A stretch of DNA of 63,993 nt, the filler included, from Porpidia crustulata (Eukaryota): NCBI GenBank assembly GCA_964255105.1. It is 13 parts of 13 records of this genome, joined end to end, with 100 filler letters (N's around TTAATTAATTAA, not from the genome) between each part and the next. Parts side by side here need not be neighbours in the genome. Positions count along the whole stretch, not along the records: positions 34,957 to 39,830 come from CAXUWE010001974.1; positions 39,931 to 44,799 come from CAXUWE010001975.1; positions 44,900 to 49,764 come from CAXUWE010001976.1; positions 49,865 to 54,725 come from CAXUWE010001977.1; 9 more parts are not named here. One strand, written 5' to 3'. This document shows positions 39,401-52,645 of this stretch, in pieces; position 1 is the first letter of the stretch; each line of letters opens with the position of its first letter. The translations under genes and the position numbers were made by a program. The notes beneath the pieces are model-generated. The model saw nothing but the letters and a program-made list of their open reading frames with translations. It made no database searches and was not told the origin of the DNA.

Positions 39401-39830
39401 CTGTCAGGTTGAGGTTGTGGCATAGCTGTATGCTTTGTGGTGATGACAGGGTCTGCCGGCCCATTGCTACAGAACTCCGAGTTGCTACGAGATGATCTGA
39501 TGGACGGGGTGGTTTGAGAAGCTGAAATTGTTTCCTTTCTTTCTACCGGGACGGGGTCTTCTGAGTCCCTCGTCAAAGGAAGCTCGATAGGTCCATCGAA
39601 GTCTAGCATTCTGGGTTCCTCCTTCAGAGCGACCGGGCTATTCGCAACTGGCAATTCAATCCTCGATATCGCGACGTGTGGATCGACCAGTTGTTCATTC
39701 CGAGTTTCCGCGTGGATCTGATATCGTTCAGTAAGCCGGGTTTGACTCGGTCGCGGAGGGAGTAGGGGAGCCTCAGGGGAGAGTTTCGGTAGTGGGGGAG
39801 CCTTAGAGAAGAGTTCTGGTAGAGGGGTTG
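36406..39830 (-). CDS. Ankyrin-repeat protein with long low-complexity N-terminal region (5' truncated)
   Basis: About 10 ankyrin repeats (e.g. RTALHEAV, MSPLHLAA, QTPLHYAC, GRTPLMMA) in the C-terminal half. The frame stays open upstream of 39654 to the contig edge, ending in a 30-bp tandem repeat (PLPELFSKAP/PLPKLSPEAP). Confidence 0.85.
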
Positions 39831-39930
39831 NNNNNNNNNNNNNNNNNNNNNNNNNNNNNNNNNNNNNNNNNNNNTTAATTAATTAANNNNNNNNNNNNNN
39901 NNNNNNNNNNNNNNNNNNNNNNNNNNNNNN

Positions 39931-40922
39931 CCGACGCAGTTGAGGGCTAGGCGGATCTTTTCGCGGCCGTTGTTGGTCCATTCTTTGACACGGTCGGGGA
40001 AGCCGCGGTCCGTGAGGTCGGTGTCGCTGATGACCACGTCCGCACCTAATCCCTCGAGTTCACGCCGCAAGATATCTCCTTCCTCGCCTTCTCGGTTTCG
40101 TACAATATTGATGCTTTTGAGACCCCATTTCTTTCCTAGTTGGATCGCAGCGCGCCCGACGCCGGAGTTGGCGCCGTTTTGGATAAACCAATCGCCTTCT
40201 CTCAAGGAGACGAAATCTTTGAGCATCCGGTAAGCCGTGACCGGATTGACGGAAACAGTCGCAACTTGTTTTCGATCTAGCCCATCCTTTTCAATCCTGA
40301 CAACCTTGTCTTCCTCTACCTGTAGATGGGTGCGCCATGTCCCCAGTCCCGTAGCTTTGGGTATTACCCAGTCACCTTTGGCTACGGTCTTGCAGGAAGA
40401 ACCAACGCTGAGAACTTCAAAGCAAGCTTCGTTTCCGGGGATGGCGGAAGACTGGGGAGTGCCAAGGGCGGTGGTGAAGGGAGGTTTTGTGGGATAGGTG
40501 CCTTGGATTTGGTTTATGTCCGCTGGGTTGAGGGGTGCAGATAAGGTACGGAGATTTAAGAGGCCGGAGTGAGGGGGGCCTATTGAATGGGTATGGAGGC
40601 TACGGTTCAGGGGTTAGTCTGGAATTTTCTACTTGTTCGGAGCGATAATTAGTCGATGAACGCGTGGAAGTGACTATTCAATTACTGTGGACATTGTAAT
40701 TATTTTTTGGAGGAACTCAAGAAAAACCACGTACGATAGAACGTCACCCGGAGAGCCGTGCTGGGAGTAGACAAGGGATTTGGCCTGGGTATAACCGTAG
40801 GTAGAGATGGAACGGCGTTGGGGAAAGGGATTGCGCTTGAGGGTTCTCTTGGCGGAGGGTGTGGCATATTTGTATAGATTCGAGACGACCCGGTATGAAG
40901 GGCATTGTGGTGAGAAAGGCAT
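39931..40922 (-). CDS. ETR1: Mitochondrial 2-enoyl thioester reductase (MECR/Etr1), 3' truncated
   Basis: Basic presequence-like N-terminus, YGYTQAKSLVY, PLNPADINQIQGTYP, VSVNPVTAYRML, IQNGANSGVGRAAIQ. Intron about 40602-40734. Confidence 0.92.
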
Positions 40923-42474
40923 CGTACCTCGATAGAAAAGGCATGTACACAGGATGTAGAAAGCCCCAGCTCTGACGTATGACGGGGGAGGGTTTGGATA
41001 CGCGGGTATGAAGCGCGCTTCTCCTACCGATAGCGTCAACGTTTCCAGACACCTCCCACCCTCCTTCTAAGTATCATCAGTATAGTTCTGTACTACTACT
41101 TATCGAGTATCAACATTGAATAAACTGAGACGTGAACTAATGTGCTTATGCCTCCCTATAACAAGAGCCTCCAAGCCATGAGAAATACCTTCATTTACAG
41201 CCGCGAGTTTCTAATGCCCTAATACGACAAGTTTTTATATTGACCTATGACTCTTCCTTGACTGATGACTGGAAGCTGTACGAAGTGCACAGCATCGTAA
41301 GAGCCAACAATTCTATAGCTACGCATAGGAGTGACCAAGATATATTGAGACTCCACCTCCAAAAGGAATTCTTTGCACGCTCTAATGGACTCCCATGTTG
41401 AGCCCGACTTCTATTTCGAGAGTGTCGAGAGTCACGAGAATGATATATGCAGGGATTGGGGTGACGAAGGCTCATATCCGAGCAAAATCAGAGTACAGCC
41501 AATATTGGTAGCACTTACTTTATGAGATTAGACAAATATTGATCACAGAACTACCATCGACCACGAGATAGGACAATAACCGCCATGACTGCTCAAGTCT
41601 CACTGACCTATTCAATGAGCAGGCCTCGTCATCAGTCGAGCCTGTGACTGCCAAAGACAATGTCCAAAATTCTAATAAGATAGCCTCTTCAGCTAGCTTC
41701 TACGCTGACCGCCTGCAAGTCCAATCTTACGTGGAGAGATTCGCCGTTGATTCTTCTGTACCTGAAATAAGTAATAAAAGCTGGAATTACGAGACAGATG
41801 ACTTATTATGCATCCATTGTTGGTCACATTTCAAAGAAATGGGCCACCTTTATTCTTGAAGGGAGACAGAGTACTCAGATATCGAAGGCTCGGAAGAAGA
41901 CGAGTTCTCTCCCTTCCTTTTTGATATCTGATGTTCCTATTGATACGGGAACACTCATTCGATTCGACGAATGACGATGACATGGTCTTCCGATGCAGGG
42001 ACAATGATGCTTGGGTTTCGGTCTTTGTATTCTGTGAATGACGACTTGTTCAAGTATCGTTGGGCTAATGCTCTCGAAGATGCTTGGGGTTCGGACGAAC
42101 TTTAGGAAAAAGACTTAACACAAGTGAAAATTCTCCAGCAATTCAACCTATATATCAAACGGGAACACAACTGGGTATCAGACAAAAGCGCCAGACAATA
42201 CCTTGGGATCTTGAGAATGCAATAAGAATGACAAGAATGCGACAGTATTACTGCTTTTGGGCGAGAAAATGTCAAACCACAACGATTCCTTCTTGGACTT
42301 TCATACCCCGGTCGTACCTCTGACCATTCTACCATCATCCGACAAGTCGCTCAAGGCTGGTAGAGAATTTGGCTACTACCGAGCTTAGATTCCTCCTGTT
42401 TCATTCTGTATGACGATTCATGCGTCATCACAGAAACGGCTAATGTTGGACTTTTGCGTCTTTTCAAGAATTTT

Positions 42475-43915
42475 CTACTTGGCCCGTGGCTTGACTTTGA
42501 TATAGAAACCAACCGGTCTAAGGTTAAACCAGCCATCCTGTTTAAGCTGGTATTTCGGGTCCGCCATCTCCATATCCACGTCTCTCAACAACGTGACGAG
42601 TGTGGTCATGTTCCACATCAACGCATAGTACCTCCCAACACACACGCGCTTACCATTTCCAAACCACTTCTTCGCACCCTCAGGCAGCTCTTCATACGCC
42701 TGTCCCATCATCCTTTCCGGCTTGAAAGCCTCGGGCTCTTCAAAGACGGCCGGGTCGCGATTGACGCCATGAAGCACAATGATCATGGTCTGCTTGGCCG
42801 GGACTTGATATTTGCCTCCGCCGAGCAGAACGGGTCCTTGTGTATCCGGCAAGGGCTCAATATTGAACCCCGGCGCCGCTGCGGACAGGCGGAGGGATTC
42901 TCGGACGATCCCGGTGCAGTAAGTCATCTTGTCCAGATGATCGTGTGTGAACTCGCCATCACCGATGACCGAATTGATCTCTTCCCGGGCTTTTGTGATA
43001 CAGTCGGGATTCTTGAGCAGATAATAAATCGCGCTCGAGACGACACAGGGCGCGGTACTGGATCCAATGGGCATCGTCACAATCTCATCGATAATCTGCT
43101 GTTCGTTGAGCGATTGACCGGTTTCGGGGTCTTTTCCGTTCATCATGGCATACAACATGTCCTTTCGGTCGGTCGGATTTGCCTTGCGATAATCGAGACA
43201 TTCAGCTGCATATTGGCGCATGGCTTTGGAGTCTTTCTCGAATCGAGATTGATGGAAAAGCCAATTCACAAACCCAGGCCGAGTCGGTCGTTTGATCGCC
43301 TCCGACGTCGCGCCATCCATCGCCTTGATCATTGGCAATTCCGTTCCGGTCAGGCCATTGAGCTTCCTACCGTAGAAGCAGAGGGTCGTCGTCTCCAAGT
43401 CGAGTCGATTCAACTCACCGATGGCCGAAACCGGAGCGTCGCCACTCAAGGCTCGCCATTTGGCCGTCAATTCAGACGCACAATCCCGCACTTCAACGAA
43501 ATTCCCAGCAGCCACAGCCGCCGGAGTAAGCAACGGCGCCAAAATCCGATGATGAACGCCCCAGCTCGCTTCGTTGTCAAACGCGGTGAACAGCGAATCA
43601 TGCACAGCGTGTCGGATCTCCACGATCGGGCCCCCAACGAACTTGCGGAACCGCTTCTCGTCGCAAAGTTCCTCACAGAGCGCAACGCTGCCTACGAACA
43701 CAATCTGCTGACCCAAGACAGCGATCTTGCAGATCTCACCTTACCAAGAAAGGACGTCAGTTGACGGAATCGGGAATCCGGGGCACGGATTTTCACGAAC
43801 CGTACTTTTCCCACAGCTTCCGCAACGACGTCCACGTATTGCTCGGATCAACGTCGAAGATATTTCCCAGCAGGGGGATACCCGGAGGCTGGGGGATTGG
43901 TTTTGTCATTGCCAT
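42475..43915 (-). CDS. Cytochrome P450, CYP505 clan, heme domain only (CYP541-like)
   Basis: PIPQPPGIPLLGNI N-terminus with no membrane anchor, ELCDEKRFRK, SLFTA, WGVHHRIL, ExxR (ESLR), PERM, heme motif FGNGKRVCVG. The stop follows the heme domain directly. One intron, about 43741-43800. Confidence 0.88.
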
Positions 43916-46191
43916 GTTTGATACCCAAATCCACCGAATTACTCAAAATTGCGTAAATAGAGGGGTGTCAGCTTTGGAGAGAAAGAGAGAGAGGACGGAG
44001 CTGGAGGGGAACTATTACAAGCATCGAGATAGCATGTGTCGGAAAGTCAAAAAAATTTCTAGTAATTCGGACTTGCTCGCGCGACGCGATTCTGATCGAT
44101 TTGATTGGTGGTGGGGGTTTGGATGCGATGCAGGGCGTTGTCACCAAAAGTGGGGGATTGTTGCATCACCTCCGCTCACGCAGCTTACCTACCCTTTACT
44201 ATAGTCAGGAAGATAAGTTGTGCTTTCCGAAGATCTTGCTTAGGTGCGTCGATTGCGATCCCTCGATGGCCTCGTAGAGTCGCGCAAAATATCCAATTCC
44301 TCACTATGAGCAGTGCGAATATCATCGTAATCACCAAATGAGGGCGTTGAGTCTTGTGAAATTGAAGCGGTCGGGGGAATAAGAAGAAGAAGAGGGATGA
44401 TAAAGATCATGAGGATTGGGAATCGGGTGCGATGGATGGCTTTTTTGATCAGGGTTTGGGAAAGGGTTTTGTTTTCTTGGTGTTGTGGGTTGGAGAGATT
44501 GGGGAGTTTTGAAAAATGAAAAAGGGTAAGGAGGAGTGGAGGTATGGGTGGAGGTATTGATGATAATTTAGAGTATGGGGTGTCAGGTGGATGGGTTTTT
44601 TTCGGCGATGATATGTTTTACAGTGTCTTTGTGATTGATGTGGCAATGATGTTTTTGAAATATACAATATAGTGGGACAATATACCCGTCCTCGATGGCA
44701 AGTTTTTTAGAATTCTACTGTCTTTTTTGAGTACCTGCTTCTCGGATTTGGGGGGGGGGGGGGGGGGTTGGGGGGGCGCGGGGGGGGGGGGGGGGGGGGN
44801 NNNNNNNNNNNNNNNNNNNNNNNNNNNNNNNNNNNNNNNNNNNTTAATTAATTAANNNNNNNNNNNNNNNNNNNNNNNNNNNNNNNNNNNNNNNNNNNNG
44901 CATGGGGTGGGACGATGTGGGACTTACAGGCAGCTGAGATGAGGGATGACAGAGAGATGAGGGGGAGAAGAAGGCAGAGGACGTGGATGGGGAATCGCAT
45001 GGTATGATTATGGAGCGGGTCGTGTTCGACGATGGTCGCCCACGAGAACGGCTTCCACCGAGTACTGAGAAGGCCGAGGTAAATCGCGTCAGATGCGCTT
45101 AGTCAGACGCAAAATCCAGGTGGTGAGGTGGTGAGGCACAATAGACTTCTTGAAAGCTTCTCGTGCTTGTCCTAACTTGTCTACTTCATGATGACCCTTT
45201 TGATACGCTATCATGGTCCCATGTACCTTCGCAAAATGAAACAGTCAACTGCTGCGCACAATTCCCTGGGCGGCTAATGCAAGTACCAGCTTGCTATGGA
45301 TCAAGGCGTGCCCACTCACGCTGCTTTGTGCGACTGTGGACACATTCACTCCTTGTCCTGCTTGTGCACTGGTCGTGAGACTGATGGCTCGTCATACCCT
45401 TTCATGCTCTTTCCACAGAGCCGCTCTACATAGAGTACAGTACAGAGATGGTCCCTTGCAGTCGGTGGCTTATCGCTTGACCTCTTCCCGGATTTGGAAC
45501 AGCGCTGCAAAATACCGTTAGGATCTCCTTTTCGCAGTCAAGCTACCAGAAGAACTGCCGTTGAAGGGTAAGGCGCCGAAGAATTCAAGGTATGCAGTCG
45601 CATGCCCCTGGCGAAGCTTGAATGCAAGGCACGGGGACAGGTACCACTTTTCGAGTCAAGCTCCGACACTCACCGACCCCAATCACATTCGCCTATTCGT
45701 TGAAAGACATGAAGTGGTACAATGAGCCATCCGGAGCATCGCAATCTCTTCCCACTTATTGTCTTTCACGATCCTGACTTGACCATACGGGGGCCACGCT
45801 CTATCTCTCTAGTTGAGCATCCACGTCTTATTGGTTCCTCCTACTTGTCTTGGCCCTGGTTCCGACCGGAAGCAAGCAGAAGCTTGACCAGATGGGGGCC
45901 TTTGGGGCCGATTATCTCATTGACTGATCTCGAGATACTCAGATCAAGAAGGCAGTTGGGTGTACCTGTCCAACATGCGCTGTCGTCAGGAGATCAAGTT
46001 ATAAGTACAGCTGACTTCCTCTCCTTGGCACTTATTGTCGTTCATGGGCAGCACCACGGTCTTTCTCTATTAATTAGATAGTTTTCGGTCTTTACTCCGC
46101 ACGGAAAATCACTCTTTCTCTCGTTTACACCGAAAGTATTCTTCTGTGCATTGGGAAACATTTCGAAAAGGCTAGCAGTGGATAATCCAAC

Positions 46192-48061
46192 ATGACTTCA
46201 ATGATGACTACCACCTTTCGTCGGATGCTATGTGCAGCGACTCTAATGACGGGCTCGGTCTTGGCCCAAGATAATTCAATCTCACAAACCAACGCCATCC
46301 AGCATATTGCTGTCAGTACATCCAATGACTCCCTGGAGGATTGAAAACTAATTGGGCTTTTCCCTCCGCAGGGCCCAGATATGAGAGTTACAACCAATAT
46401 CAACAATGTCACTAATCCAGAACACATTTTTATGTCGGTCAGTAGTAATTTTATGATTCCTTGTTAACATGACCCTGACCAAGCCTTGAAATATATAGCG
46501 ACCAGATTTGATGGCTCCCATCTTGAACGTTACCATGAACGACGCTGGCAGTGTCACCCCAGGATACATCTTCATTTGCCCCTACTGGACCGATCAGTCC
46601 GGTCCATACATCTATGCCACTAATGGGGTAAGTCTACCCTAAGCTTTGTGAGAAGCTGAGCTGATTTTCGTAGGATCTTATCTGGAGTGGTTTTGGTAAT
46701 GGAGGTGCTGGTACTTCGATGAGTCTGGCTGTTGTGGACATCAATGGTTCGCCACATTTGACTGTCAACAATATCAATCTTGCGAACGGCTATGGACACG
46801 GCCACGGTCTTATTATGGATCAATCGTACAGGACCTACAAGACTGTCGAGGCAAGCAACGGGCGTACCTCATCTGACTTGCACGAATTCAATGTCTTACC
46901 CGATGGCAAGTCGGCCATTTTGACGATATACGATCAAGTGCAATACGACCTCTCCTCGTATGGAGTGCAGGGCGGCATGGGATGGGTTACACAAGGGATA
47001 TTTCAGGATATCGACATTGCCACTGGAGCTGTCTTGTTTGAATGGAACGCCCTAGACTACGTTCCTCCAAGTTACAGTTACAGCCAATTGAACTCTACCG
47101 ATGTTTCGGGCAACGGACTCACCTATCAAACAGCATGGGACTATTTGTAAGTATCTTTCATTCCTGACTGAAGATCAGACACTAACAATAGTATAGCCAC
47201 ATCAATGCAATTGATAAGTGCACCAATGGCGATTATTTGGTCTCTTCTCGAGCAACGGGTACCATCTTTAGAATCTCCGGCAAAGACGGATCTATCAAGT
47301 GGAAGCTCGGCGGCAAGCACTCGGATTTCGTCCTCAAAGGCTTCAACTTTGCTTTCCAGCACCACGTCCGATTCCATGGCGATTCCAACACCACCACCAC
47401 CCTCTCCATCTTCGACAACGGCTCCGACGGCTTCAACCAGTCCATCCCCCAATCCTCAGGCATGATCATCTCCGTCGATACCGCCACCAACACCGCCACC
47501 ATCCTCAACCAATACTACGCGCCCGGCACCGCCATCTCCTCCGCCAGCCAAGGCAGCATGCAAGTCCTGCCCAGCGGCAACGCCTTTATCGGCTGGGGCG
47601 TCGTGCCCGCCATGTCCGAGCACACCCAGGACGGCAAAACCGTCTGGTTCGCCAACCTCGGCACCCACGGCGTCAGCACCTACCGCGCCTTCAAGTTCGA
47701 CTGGACCTCGACCCCCATCGACAAGCCCGCCCTCTGGACCTACGCCAAAACCAACGCCTCCAGCACCCACATGTACGTCAGCTGGAACGGCGCCACCCAG
47801 GTCACCCAGTGGCGCTTCTGGACCGCCGGCGCCAAGAACGGTACCTACACGCCGCAGCCGACGGCGGCCAAGACGGGCTTCGAGACCATGTGGAAGGCGA
47901 CTGGGTTCGCGCCGTACGTGTACGTCGAGGCGCTGGATTTCAGCGGCAGGGTGCTGTCGAAGTCGATGACGGTCAAGACGTTCACGCCCGGGCCGGTGCT
48001 GGTGAATTCGTGCGGCGATGCGAATTGTAATACGGCGACGGGGTATACGTCGCCGCATTAG
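46192..48061 (+). CDS. Secreted arylsulfotransferase (ASST) family protein, 5 exons
   Basis: Signal-like N-terminus, RPDLMAP, DLHEF, WDYF|HINAIDK, FAFQHHVRF, LSIFDNG, SQGSMQVLPSGNAFIGWG, YRAFK, YVSWNGAT, GFET. Confidence 0.88.
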
Positions 48062-48480
48062 GGGAGGCGTTGGTTTTTTGGGGGGGGATTTTGCGTAGAC
48101 GTTTGGGTTAGGGAAGCATAAAGGACTGCATTTTTGGGGGCTTAAATCGGGATATTGGATATGTAAGATACCTGGCAGTCACATCGCATCACGGTAGTGG
48201 CTTTTTCGATTCTAATTCGCGGCCGGGAGGGGAGGGGCCTTTAGGGATGGCGCTTTTGAGAGCGCTGGGTATAGATATAGAAAACCCCGGACTCGACTCG
48301 CGTATCTTGATAAGTATCAAAAATCAAAAACTCACAGAGCATTTGACGTTGTCTGCTGCAAGGCTTTGCAAGCTTTCTCGTGTCTCGAAGTTTTCGATCT
48401 GATCTTCATCTGTCTTCACTTCATTTCATTTCATCTTATTTCACTCTCTCTCATCTCATTTTATCTTAAATCTTTCTCAT

Positions 48481-48671
48481 TGTGAGGGGTCGTAGTGAAC
48501 TATATCAATTGACTAGACTAAGCCTATAATACAAGGAGAATAACTTAAGGAGGGAAAGGAATTTCTGTCGCGAAAACCTCCCTTTGGGATCAGCTTCTGA
48601 GCGGAAGGAATTCCGTATCGAGAATGCAGGTACGTAGTACCTAATCCAATTAATGGGTCTAACCCATCACA
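48481..48671. mobile_element. Solo LTR (191 bp), second copy, flanks CTCAT/CTCTT
   Basis: Identical to 20265-20455 except one C>T (CCTACAAT vs CCTATAAT); 4/5 flank match; embedded in CC/GG-poor sequence (about 48300-49120). Confidence 0.92.
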
Positions 48672-49864
48672 CTCTTTCATTCATCTTCACGCATTCTTAT
48701 CGAATCCGATTATCCGCTCGTTACTCGCTATCGTCGTCGACGATAATGAAACACGAACGGGGCGAAAATAGATGATGAATATGACGATGACGATGAACTA
48801 AATGTGAGTAGATTATGTAGATTTGATGATGCAGCGACGATGTATACACATGAGCTTCGAACTTGGGATTGAAAATTGCCGTTTCAAGAGAGCAAGAAGA
48901 GAAGAACTGCTTTAAAGAAAGGAATGAAAGAGTCTGAAAATGTAATCAGAAAGTCGAAGAGAGTAGTAAGAGAAGTAACAAGAAAGGGAGAAGACGTGCA
49001 ACGTTTTAACAGTCAGTGAAACATATCAAACATAACCTTGAAAGCATGAAAATACGGAAATCGCATCAACGACACTGCGCTTCAAGACGAAGGTGATTCT
49101 ATACTGAAAATGTAATCTTTCATTTTTGTACAACTACACAATCCAATGTATCAATGATGTAACAAACGACCTTTACCACGCACCCCTAACGTCCCATTCA
49201 ACACCATTCGCCTATCTCCAGGAACTTACGCACCGGCATCAAAGCGAGACAGACGGATCCCTCCCTCCTACACCGGCCGGTCGGCCCAGCAGATCCATAA
49301 CTTTCGCCTTTGATAGCGATTACATAACGTCCTTCCTTCAAACTCTCTCTCTCTCTCTCTCTGCCCCAGACATTCTTCTCTTCAATGGGATGCAGTCACT
49401 TTTCGAAATGGGGTTGATCGTGGAATACCCGGTCGTGGTACTTCTGACCGCCTACATAACCCCAGCTTCCTCACCCTGGTAAACATGTGTCCCGGGGGAT
49501 GGTCGTAGCAAAAAGTCGCTTCGACGTTGAAGGATAATTTGCAAAACTGATAATTCTGATGATGCAGATTGATTCTAGTATTCGTTTAATCGATCTTCTT
49601 TAACAATTTTAACGGTCGATTATCTGATACATTCTTTAAGATTCTTAACGAGTTTAAAGACATCAATGTAGATACGAACTTTGTTTAAATATTTAATAAA
49701 ATGTTATATATGTTAGCCCCAGGCTAGGAACACTTGCCCAGGACACAGGCTACGCGGGCTGCGCNNNNNNNNNNNNNNNNNNNNNNNNNNNNNNNNNNNN
49801 NNNNNNNNTTAATTAATTAANNNNNNNNNNNNNNNNNNNNNNNNNNNNNNNNNNNNNNNNNNNN

Positions 49865-51621
49865 CCCTTACCGTAATCTGAACTCCCAAATGCTCTCCCA
49901 CATTAACAGTGACCTCGACCTTGCCTCCCTTCTTGACTCCCCTGACCGCAGTCTCTGCAAGTACTTTTCCGATTTTCCATATCTTCTCCCTTGTCTCCTC
50001 CTCTTCGTCCTCGCTATCGTCAAGATCGGAATCATCATCGGCGACTTTGCCATTAGTCTTGGCTTTCGGCGCTGCTTTCGACACTTTGATATCTCTTGCA
50101 CTCTCACAAACCTTGATAATAACATTCCCACCTTCTTTCGGCGTCGCGAAGACACCAGCTCTCCGTGCCGGCACTGCGGTCTCTGCTTCTAGTAAACACT
50201 TGAAGGCGCCCTTTTCAACGTTCTCGCTGATGACAAGGACACCGATGGCGTGACGAAGATGAGGTGTGACAGTAACCATTGGATGCGTAGATTGTTGGAT
50301 ATCTTCTTTCTCGAATTCTTGAATGAGAGATGCCTGTATGGCAGCGCCGCGGGCTGCAAGGGAAGAAGGGTCGAGAGCCGTAGGAGTGGTAGAAGGGGCG
50401 AGGATGCTGGTAGTGGGCGAGAAAAGGGAGGTGAGGATTCGAGCGATTTTGGGGGTGTGAGAGGTCCCACCGGACATGATGACCTGCGACATTGGTTAGG
50501 TTCACAAGTACCAAGGACATTATAAGAGCCAAGTACCTCATCAATATCAAGAATATCCAGCCCCGCTTTTCGTACGGCTTCTTCAATAAGACGACTAAAG
50601 CTTCCAAACACCTTATTGGCCAGTGTCTCATATCTTAATCTATTGATCGTCGAGGTAAAATCTATCCCATCCACAAGACTCTCGGCACTAAAGCTCGCGT
50701 TCGCCCCTATACTCAATGCCTTTTTCGTGGCTTCGGCTTCTAACTTTAGCTTGGCGAGACTCCTCTGATTCTCCCGTGGATCTTTCTTATTCTTTTTGAT
50801 AAACTCTTTCGCAAAGTGGTCAATGAGTACCTGATCAAGCTGGGCACCTCCAGTCTCGTAGTCATGAGCCGTCGAGAGTATGCTGTACATTCCTCCCCTT
50901 GATGCGACAACCGCAATATCTGATCTTGTCCCACCCAAGTCGGCTACTATAACCGTCTTATCTGATAGTTTCGCTTCTGGTCGAGCATCATATGCTAGTA
51001 TCGCTGCTGTGGGTTCTGATATGAATTGCAATACTTCAATTCCGGCAGCCTTGCTTGCCTTGCTCAGAGCTTCTTGTTGCCCCTCTGAAAAGTCCGTTGG
51101 TACCGTTATGACAGCGGCATTGACCTTCCTCCCAAGGAAGTCCGTCGCTGAAGATGCTAGCCTGCGGATATGACGAGTAGTGATCTCAATCACTGGGACA
51201 GTATTTGGTGTTTCTGACGTAGAGTCGTGTATTGAAAACACGACATCGGAATCCCTTTTCTGGGGATGCGCGGAGGCATGACTTGGAGTAGGGTCTATCG
51301 AGTCAAAGCTAGAGGCGCTATCAGTAACAGTAGTAGAGCACATTGCTCCTATCGTGCTTACCCTTTACCAAGGTAATCCCTGAAGTATGCAATAGTATTC
51401 TTGCTGTTTCGGACCAATTGCGACTTTGCTTGAGTACCATGATACTCTTCTCCATCAATATAGGATAGTATTGAGGGAATGTGCCGATCTCCTTCTTCGT
51501 TTGCTATGACTTCTGCTTTCCCGTCCCCAGTTGTGTATGCGATTGAGCTGTTGGAATTTCCAAAAGAAATCCCAATAGCAAAGGTCTCAGCCGGAGCTGC
51601 CCCATTCTCATCCCCACTCAT
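49865..51621 (-). CDS. SSZ1: Ribosome-associated complex Hsp70 subunit Ssz1 (last codons truncated)
   Basis: FAIGISFGNSNSSIA, IANEEGDR, ADLGGTRSD, VIMSGGTSHTPKIA, QQSTHPMVT. Two introns. Confidence 0.94.
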
Positions 51622-51856
51622 TCTGTGTGACACCTGAGTATTTCCTGCTGTGATATGGACCTGGGACCGATCGGATGTCACCGTGGCATTGTGTTCCGAG
51701 ATATGCGATATTTTGATCTTTCAATAATTAGAGTGAAAGATCGCGAGGTTTTGCTAGCTGCGGGAAAGATTTTTGGCTTCTCGGCTAGGGCTGCAATGCC
51801 GTTCGCCTCTATCAATGACAGGTTTCTAGCTTCGAGATTTCTACACTTTTTCAAGA

Positions 51857-52645
51857 ATGGCGATGCTGGTATTACCTGGGGAGACAATATCTTCTGACTT
51901 CCTTCCGATCTCTTCGGCGTCCTCATCAGCGCTCAAGTTGGGCCCTGGTCTGCGCCATGTACCACCTTCAACAATCACCTCGACAGTCGCCGGGACTCTA
52001 AACGTAGACCAAAAGAAGAACGCTATATGGATCGAAAACAACAATGGTAGGGTATAACAGCTTCACCTCAAGATACTTCGTACATCATTGATAATGTTTC
52101 TATTCTTGCAGTATACTCCCAAGACTAATGACCACATCCTCGCAACCGTCCACCATTCGTCAACCGACTTCTTCCACTGTGCAATAACCCCCCACACCAC
52201 CTTTGCTCAACTACCCCAACTGGCATTCGAAGGTGCCTCCAAGAAAACTCGGCCCCAACTCACCTCCGGCAGTCTCGTTTACGCCAGGGTGTTGTCAGCG
52301 TCAAAATACCTAGACCCAGAGATTGTATGTTATAATCCGTCGACTGGCAAAAGTGAGGGTATGGGCGAATTGAAAGGGGGTATGGTGTTTGATATTAGTC
52401 TTGGCATGGCCCGGAGGTTACTGTTGAATAAGCAGAAAGAAGATGGGGGTATTGCGGTGCTTGAAGCCATCGCCGAGAAGTTGGCGTTTGAGATTGCTGT
52501 GGGTAGAAATGGGAGAATGTGGGTGAAGGCAAAAGGATTGGAGGAAACGCTGCTCGTTGGAAACGCTGTGCAAGAGACGGATCGGGGGGATCTGGGGCTA
52601 GATAAACAAGGGAAGCTTGTGAGGAGGTTGATGAGAGACATTTAG
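51857..52645 (+). CDS. RRP40: Exosome cap subunit Rrp40
   Basis: VLPGE, LKLGPGLR, AFEGASKKTRPQL...LVYARV, FEIAVGRNGRMWV. One intron, about 52052-52111. Confidence 0.94.

Noticed and set aside
41940..42450. Protein-like + frame with scattered stops downstream of the P450
   Set aside because: No recognisable domain; it cannot be distinguished from intergenic sequence.
42454..43764. 436-aa ORF on the + strand
   Set aside because: It is an antisense shadow of the P450 gene with no recognisable motifs. The same applies to 969-1664, 18114-18872, 47456-48058 and 62915-63544.
44750..44799. Poly-G tract as a G-quadruplex element
   Set aside because: It is at a contig end, where poly-G is a common sequencing artefact, and cannot be trusted without reads.
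49711..49764. TGTTAG-starting GC-richer segment after an AT-rich tract as another LTR start
   Set aside because: Only 54 bp precede the linker, so no second terminus or copy is available to confirm it.
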